Shown: positions 58,439 through 64,000 of the stretch, in pieces
Layout: every line of letters starts with the position of its first letter
Position numbering within the stretch: position 1 is the first letter of the stretch
NCBI GenBank assembly: GCA_963693365.1
Contig: CAVNZM010000008.1
Coordinates: 7,636,830 to 7,700,829, forward strand
Direction: 5' to 3'
Source of the DNA: Amoebidium appalachense
Taxonomy: Eukaryota > Protista > Ichthyosporea
DNA: 64,000 nt
Position numbers and translations under genes: made by a program
The notes under the pieces: model-generated
Databases searched by the model: none
The model's input: only the letters and a program-made list of their open reading frames with translations
Told to the model about the DNA's origin: nothing

Positions 58439-61400
58439 TTTATCCTTCTTCTTCTGGAATGCTCGGACACTGGGCCCCCAAAAGGGCCTCCCCCCCGGGA
58501 CACTCGACGATAAAATCAGCTACATACAACAACAGACAAACAACCACACGTTTACAGTGATTTGCGAAACACAGTTTAAAAACCACCACAAATTCAACTC
58601 TACATTGGTCGACACATCCACACACCCCGGTTACGCGAAAAACCGAGGCATTATTGTACTTGCCGCACCACACGTGAGAGTGAAGTGCAAACCGGTAGCA
58701 AAAACGGAATTCTCGGTTTCTATAGAGTTTCTTTCTAATGTTTTTACTTTTGTATATTACCCACCATCTATGTCGGTTGTCGAATTGACTCACGAGTTGT
58801 CACAGTTACCAATGTCCACTGTTATTTTAGGTGATTTTAACACGCGACTCCACCACACAGACACACTGCAAGTGAGTGTCGGGTACCCATCTAAGCCCCC
58901 GGAGCGTGCTATCCCTTTAGCAAGGTATGTCCAAAGTCACACTTTGCGGTTCCCTCAAATATCCCATGCCCACAACACCGACTGGGGAGTGGCCTTTTGG
59001 CCATCAACCATGTCAAAACTCTCTCTCCCTCCTAACCTCTCTAGGTCATCTGACCACTCTCCTATCCTTTTCCTACCTAAGATCTCCCTTGATCTGCTCC
59101 CCCCTCCCCCTCCCACCTTTCGCCTCCGTCTATCCCAGCTTAAGTCACAGTGGGGTAGAGTTGATGTATGTGTATGCTATGCTACGAAACACCCTATATA
59201 TATGCGCCTATTAGAATCTGCACAAGCCAGGCCAGATTCACATCTCGTACTAGATACATGCACTAACTTTATTGTTGATGATTTGATAGATCTCGGTGAT
59301 TATGCTGGCGGTGGTAGGAAGGAATATCCCGATGCTCTCTTGTTACCAAACACCACTCCCGCTAGACTAGGTGAACCCCTGTCTCAAAAGGAAAGCTTGC
59401 GCCGGCTTGCTAGTATGAATCGATTTGGCCCCCCTGCTCGTATTATTGGTGATACCACTGGAGACCCCCTCATAGACTCTGATAAGTATTTCTCGGAACT
59501 GTTTAAAGATAGGACCCCCGCTCAGAAACCTATTGTGTGGCCTGTAGACCCATCTATCCCCATAGAATCGATCCTCCCCTTTTTCAGTCCCGATGCCATA
59601 TGGTCTGTGATATCTAGTTATAGCTCTAGTAAGTCTTGTGGACCTGATGGACTCCCTGCTGGGTTTCTTAAAATCCTTGTTCCCTCCTACCCACAAAAGG
59701 AAAGTGATCGTGCTATTAAACCTGATCTTACTATCATGTTAAGCTCTCTCTTTTCTTGGTGTGTTAAATGTGGACATGTCCCGTCATCTTGGTTAGATAC
59801 CTTAGTGATCCCCATAGTTAAGAAGGACTCTGAGGGCCCCATATCATCCTTTCGCCCCATTACACTAACCCAGGTTGTTCGTAGATTCTTTGAAGCTTGC
59901 TTACTTAGGTTATTTGCACATCACCCTAGGTTTCAATCTATTCTTCACATACACCCATGCCAATCCGCTTTTCGTAAAAACAATTCATGTTATGTTCAAA
60001 TAATGGCACTGCACGATTCTATGCAAGTTGGTGCACAATATGTTGGCTTTATTGATTGGAAAACTGCTTACGATTCTGTCTCCCCTGGTCTCCTATGGGA
60101 AAAGCTTGCTGCACGGGGTGTACCACACTGCATTGGTGTTCTGTTAGAAGCACTCTTGTCTCAAACCTATGGTAGAGCTGTGGTTAATGGGCATCTTTCA
60201 TATGGTTTTGCTCGTACTAGAGGTCTCTTGCAGGGTTCATTGCTTAGCCCCTTTTTGTTTAACCTATTTATAGATGATTTGGCTGTCAAGATTTACGCCG
60301 AAAACGATGACCCTATTAATAACTTTCCGCCTGCACTTCTCTATGCTGATGATCTGTCCCTCCTTGCCCGTACCCCTAGACGCCTGCAAAGATTGTTCGA
60401 TGTAGTGTCAGAGTGGTGCAAGGCAAACCTTATGATCCTTAACATAGACAAATGTGGTGTTCTTGTACCTGATATAGCTAACAATTTACACACATTTACA
60501 TTATCATCTAAACCTGTACCTATAGTTCCAGAATACAAATATCTTGGTGTTCCGGTTGATTCTGTTGGTGTTATGTTTCCCCATATGGTCGAAAAGAGGG
60601 TAGAGTTGGCTCGTAAGCGGTTAGCTTTCTTCTCGGCTAATATTTTTAAAGACACACCCCTCCATCCTTCTATTAGACTTACATTTATTCGCACTTTTGT
60701 CTTCCCGGCATGTGAATATGGTTTACCCCTTCTCGCCGCTTGGATCAAGAAAGAGAGAACTAGAGCGCTTAAACCCTTGGCAAATTTCCTTGAAGCAGAA
60801 GTTGCCTCCTTTCTATCTAACAACTGTTGTAAACCTGGGCCTGTAACGCTCTCGATATATGGTCTGGTCCCAATAGCTGCTAGAGTATCCTATCTCGCGC
60901 TGAAATTCAATAAGCACATAAGCCGCTTAAAGAAGTATTTGCCCTCCCACCCTCTCTTCTCTATCCGACCTGTCCCCTCCTCACCTCTCCCCTCTTTCCT
61001 CCCCTCTCTCTCCCCTTCTCCCCTGGGCACAAATACAAATAAACCCCGCAATAGTGTGTGTGTGACTTTGGACTGCCACTTACTTATTAAACATGTACAC
61101 AATCACAAGATAATCACGCAATATAACAAATGGAAAAAGATACCACACGACACTAGACCCGATGAAAGCATACACCTTGAAAAACTAAGCCTTATGTCTC
61201 GTTTTATATATACTGACCGCCTCAACCATATTGCCAAATATGGCACTCGCAAGTGTATAACACCTAAATACATATTACCTTCCTGTAGAACTGGTCTTTC
61301 TCTAGCTGATGGTATTATTGATCAATTACCACGCTTTTACTGTACACGTGCTATACAGTGGAGATCTAATAAGTATAAGGTGGCATCATTTGCATGCCCA

Positions 61401-61625
61401 AACAACACACACACACACCAGTTTAACCGGTCATGTATCGCCAAATGTAGTTTGATAGACCACATAATACCGCAACACACACACGTCACATTCACAACAG
61501 ACACCCAGAAAGATAGCCTACCTGTAAATTACAACATCCTTGATTTTATACTAAACACGCGTAACTACGACCTGTTTATTAGATGTATTGATTGGCTTGA
61601 GAAACACATCACTACAAAATTATAG
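58431..61625 (+). CDS. LINE ORF2: APE endonuclease + reverse transcriptase
   Basis: WNAR, ICET, LGDFN, SDHSP (APE); GPDG, FRPITL, QSAFR, FIDWKTAYDSV, GLLQGSLLSP, YADD, YKYLG (RT); C-terminal Cys/His segment; no RNase H seen. Confidence 0.96.
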   Translation: MPNLSFFFWNARTLGPQKGLPPGTLDDKISYIQQQTNNHTFTVICETQFKNHHKFNSTLVDTSTHPGYAKNRGIIVLAAPHVRVKCKPVAKTEFSVSIEFLSNVFTFVYYPPSMSVVELTHELSQLPMSTVILGDFNTRLHHTDTLQVSVGYPSKPPERAIPLARYVQSHTLRFPQISHAHNTDWGVAFWPSTMSKLSLPPNLSRSSDHSPILFLPKISLDLLPPPPPTFRLRLSQLKSQWGRVDVCVCYATKHPIYMRLLESAQARPDSHLVLDTCTNFIVDDLIDLGDYAGGGRKEYPDALLLPNTTPARLGEPLSQKESLRRLASMNRFGPPARIIGDTTGDPLIDSDKYFSELFKDRTPAQKPIVWPVDPSIPIESILPFFSPDAIWSVISSYSSSKSCGPDGLPAGFLKILVPSYPQKESDRAIKPDLTIMLSSLFSWCVKCGHVPSSWLDTLVIPIVKKDSEGPISSFRPITLTQVVRRFFEACLLRLFAHHPRFQSILHIHPCQSAFRKNNSCYVQIMALHDSMQVGAQYVGFIDWKTAYDSVSPGLLWEKLAARGVPHCIGVLLEALLSQTYGRAVVNGHLSYGFARTRGLLQGSLLSPFLFNLFIDDLAVKIYAENDDPINNFPPALLYADDLSLLARTPRRLQRLFDVVSEWCKANLMILNIDKCGVLVPDIANNLHTFTLSSKPVPIVPEYKYLGVPVDSVGVMFPHMVEKRVELARKRLAFFSANIFKDTPLHPSIRLTFIRTFVFPACEYGLPLLAAWIKKERTRALKPLANFLEAEVASFLSNNCCKPGPVTLSIYGLVPIAARVSYLALKFNKHISRLKKYLPSHPLFSIRPVPSSPLPSFLPSLSPSPLGTNTNKPRNSVCVTLDCHLLIKHVHNHKIITQYNKWKKIPHDTRPDESIHLEKLSLMSRFIYTDRLNHIAKYGTRKCITPKYILPSCRTGLSLADGIIDQLPRFYCTRAIQWRSNKYKVASFACPNNTHTHQFNRSCIAKCSLIDHIIPQHTHVTFTTDTQKDSLPVNYNILDFILNTRNYDLFIRCIDWLEKHITTKL

Positions 61626-61629
61626 CGCA

Positions 61630-61698
<69 letters not shown>

Positions 61699-61730
61699 CC
61701 AGCTGATACCGAGTGTCCCGAGGGGAGCCC

Positions 61731-61777
<47 letters not shown>

Positions 61778-62099
61778 GGGGAACCCCAACTAATTGATTT
61801 CTCCTTGTAGTCTTTATGGTGTCTCGTAGAGAAAGTAAACCCTGATATATAGTCACCACCCGACATCTATGTACGTGATCATGATATACCGCTGAGGGGA
61901 TATTCCGAGCAAACCCCCCCCCCCCATACCTGAGACTGGTTCTCTTTGCCTCGAGTAAACAGCGTAAACCCCCGTACATACATACATGCGCGTTCGAATT
62001 ATCCAAGCACTCGCCACGGGATTGACGGGACTCACAGGCAGAAATTGCCAAGGCTTCCTTTTCAGAAGTGCACAAACTTCCATCGCATTTTTGGGAATC

Positions 62100-62462
62100 A
62101 CATCTTCAAGGGGGGAGGGGGGGGGGGCCCGGGGGGGGGGGGGGGGGAGAGGGGGGGGGGGGGGGGGGGGGGAGCAGGAGGGTAACGGGAGGGGGGTGGG
62201 GGGAGGGGGGGATGGAGAGGGAGGGGAGGACTTATGGAAAGTGAAAAAAAAAAGGACAGAAGCTGTTTAGACTTTAAAGGTGTCACACATATGGGGTAGC
62301 ATCTTCACAGAGGGGAAAAGGGGGGGGGGGGGGGGGGGGGGTAGGAGCAGGAGGGGAACGGGAGGGCGGCGTGGGGGAGGGGGGGGATGGAGAGGAGGGG
62401 AGGACTTATGGAAAGTGAAAAAAAAAAGGACAGAATTTGTTTAGACTTTGGTGTCACACATA
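62100..62462. repeat. Local tandem duplication containing G-tracts
   Basis: CATCTTCA-(G)n-GGAGCAGGAGG..GGACTTATGGAAAGTG(A)nGGACAGAA..GTTTAGACTTT..GGTGTCACACATA twice. Confidence 0.85.
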
Positions 62463-62492
62463 CTTATCATATTATCCACCAGGACCAACATA

Positions 62493-63314
62493 TGGTGTCG
62501 GACATCGTAGATTGACCCATCCGGAAAAATAGATCTTATAGATTTCGCGATCCAATAACTTCCCCTCAGTTTATCCAATTCGGGTAAAAGACACATTTTT
62601 CGATGCGTCCCATCAAGGGCCACAAACTGACGTCTCGTAACGTGAAAAAAATTAAAAACTGCAATTTTTTTTCTCATTGAGAAATTTTCGGACCATTTAG
62701 GGGGCTTGTGACGTCATCGATTTTTGCAAGCGTGTTTCTCGAATATCCACATATAAACTTTAGACGAGTCTTAGTGCAATCGACATATCTCGACGAGAGC
62801 TGTCGTGTGATATTCTTGGAGTTGGGAAGAAAAAAAAAATGAAAAAAATATATATATATATTCAGTCACGGCCAGGATCGAACTGCAGTACAAGAATCCG
62901 GGCCGTGCCGTATACAGCCCTGAAGGGTTGGGTCTCATAAAAAACCTTAAGACTGCTTTTTCCACGTCGTCTTTCTTCTGATACACATGTCTATTGTCAC
63001 ACATTGTAATGTGCAGCATGTGCAGCACGGTCTGAAAATGAAAACTTTTCAAATTTTCGCGGAACTACCATGTATGGCAGTTAGAAACCGTGTGTTACTA
63101 TTTTTAGCAACAGTGACGCAATAATGACGTCATTTCCGGGCTTTTAGGGGGCTTGTGACGTCTTCACTTCTTTATAACAAAGATGTCGCCAAACTGAAAA
63201 CTTGTAGGCCCATCCCAGCGATGCCCGTGACGAGTGCTATCCAAAACTGTACCTATCATGTCCGTAGCGCGATGGATCTATTGTAGAGGGGTCAATCTAC
63301 GATGTCCGACCACA
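62493..63314. mobile_element. ~820-bp non-autonomous TIR element, probable TA target duplication (Tc1/mariner-like)
   Basis: Perfect 22-bp inverted repeat GTCGGACATCGTAGATTGACCC at 62497-62518 and 63289-63310, TA outside both ends; internal direct repeat TTAGGGGGCTTGTGACGTC at ~62697 and ~63143. Confidence 0.7.
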
Positions 63315-64000
63315 TACGTCACCACGTCACCTCACATAGCCTACATTGCGTAGACCATGCGATTCATCATGTAGTCTTTGCTGAACCGCGGGAGTTTGAA
63401 CGGTCACACGAAAAACGGCAGGTAGCCTGACAGAGACACGGCTACACACACACAAACACGGGTATATACCTGTCACCTACTGAGGTGACTCGTATTTTTC
63501 CTTACACACACAGCGAACACTGACTCTCGGGACCGTAGAGCCGCCGCGAGAGAAAGCATGCACGCGGTCGCGAGAGTGTAAGGAAAATAGAGGCGTGAGG
63601 CGAACGGCAAGTTCAAAGCAGCCCAGGCACCGTCGGTACGTGCCAGGGTATATACCACCACGCATGCTTTCCTAGTTTCTCCCTTTCAAGTATCTTCAAC
63701 CAACCGCACGCACACGCGTGTGGTGTGCAAACCTGTGCAAGCGTACACATTAGGACACACAGACACATGGGCACCTCGATTAACCCCATTCCGACGGGAA
63801 AACAGCCAGGTTTGTGAAAACACCGAAAAGTAAGGGATTTGGGGAAGGGGAGCCGGAAGGGCCAACAAAAAATGCTGAATCACCGGGTGTCCCGGTTCCC
63901 TTTTCTCAGCCATGTTCAGTCAATGCAGGATTTGAAGGTAAGGAATTTACACAAACACACGCTTCCCCCTCCCTAACGCCTATCCCCCCGCCGCTTCTCC

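Larger units (their letters stand above)
57415..61776 (+). mobile_element. Apparently full-length non-LTR retrotransposon with (CA)n 3' UTR and poly-A tail
   Basis: Two intact ORFs, (CA)n ~61633-61696, A-run ~61735-61776; 5' boundary approximate, no TSD found. Confidence 0.88.

Noticed and set aside
63320-63913. Spliced minus-strand gene (MAEKREPG..; FKLPRFSKDYMMNRMVYAM faintly HECT-like)
   Set aside because: Could not build a consistent open spliced frame or find other family motifs.

Overview
Eukaryotic genomic window (spliceosomal introns, standard code; SEM1 sequence looks holozoan-like, tentative) extremely rich in (C)n/(G)n, (CA)n/(GT)n and (CT)n/(GA)n tracts, so most short ORFs in the track are artefacts. 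Host genes assembled by hand: SEM1/DSS1 exon 1, mitochondrial L34, a Ser/Thr kinase with an intronic tRNA-Arg(ACG), an NXPE/PC-esterase-like SGNH protein, a 9-exon MINPP1 histidine phosphatase, a candidate PP1-interacting protein and a disrupted pectin-acetylesterase/Notum-family gene. Mobile DNA: an intact-ORF Penelope-like element with N-terminal GIY-YIG + CxC + RT (Naiad/Chlamys architecture) inside the SEM1 intron, a two-ORF APE-RT LINE and several MITE-like elements. The most interesting signal is a family of ~450-nt non-coding elements that share head and tail with the Penelope-like element, abut (C)n tracts, occur as head-to-tail tandems, and carry a ~160-nt RNA fold with compensatory changes including a long-range pseudoknot that I cannot match to a known ribozyme. 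Also notable: repeated partial 'echo' duplications of exon edges and complementary microsatellites at intron ends. Several single-base indels at short homopolymers suggest some assembly error. All structures and gene models are by-eye, not computed.
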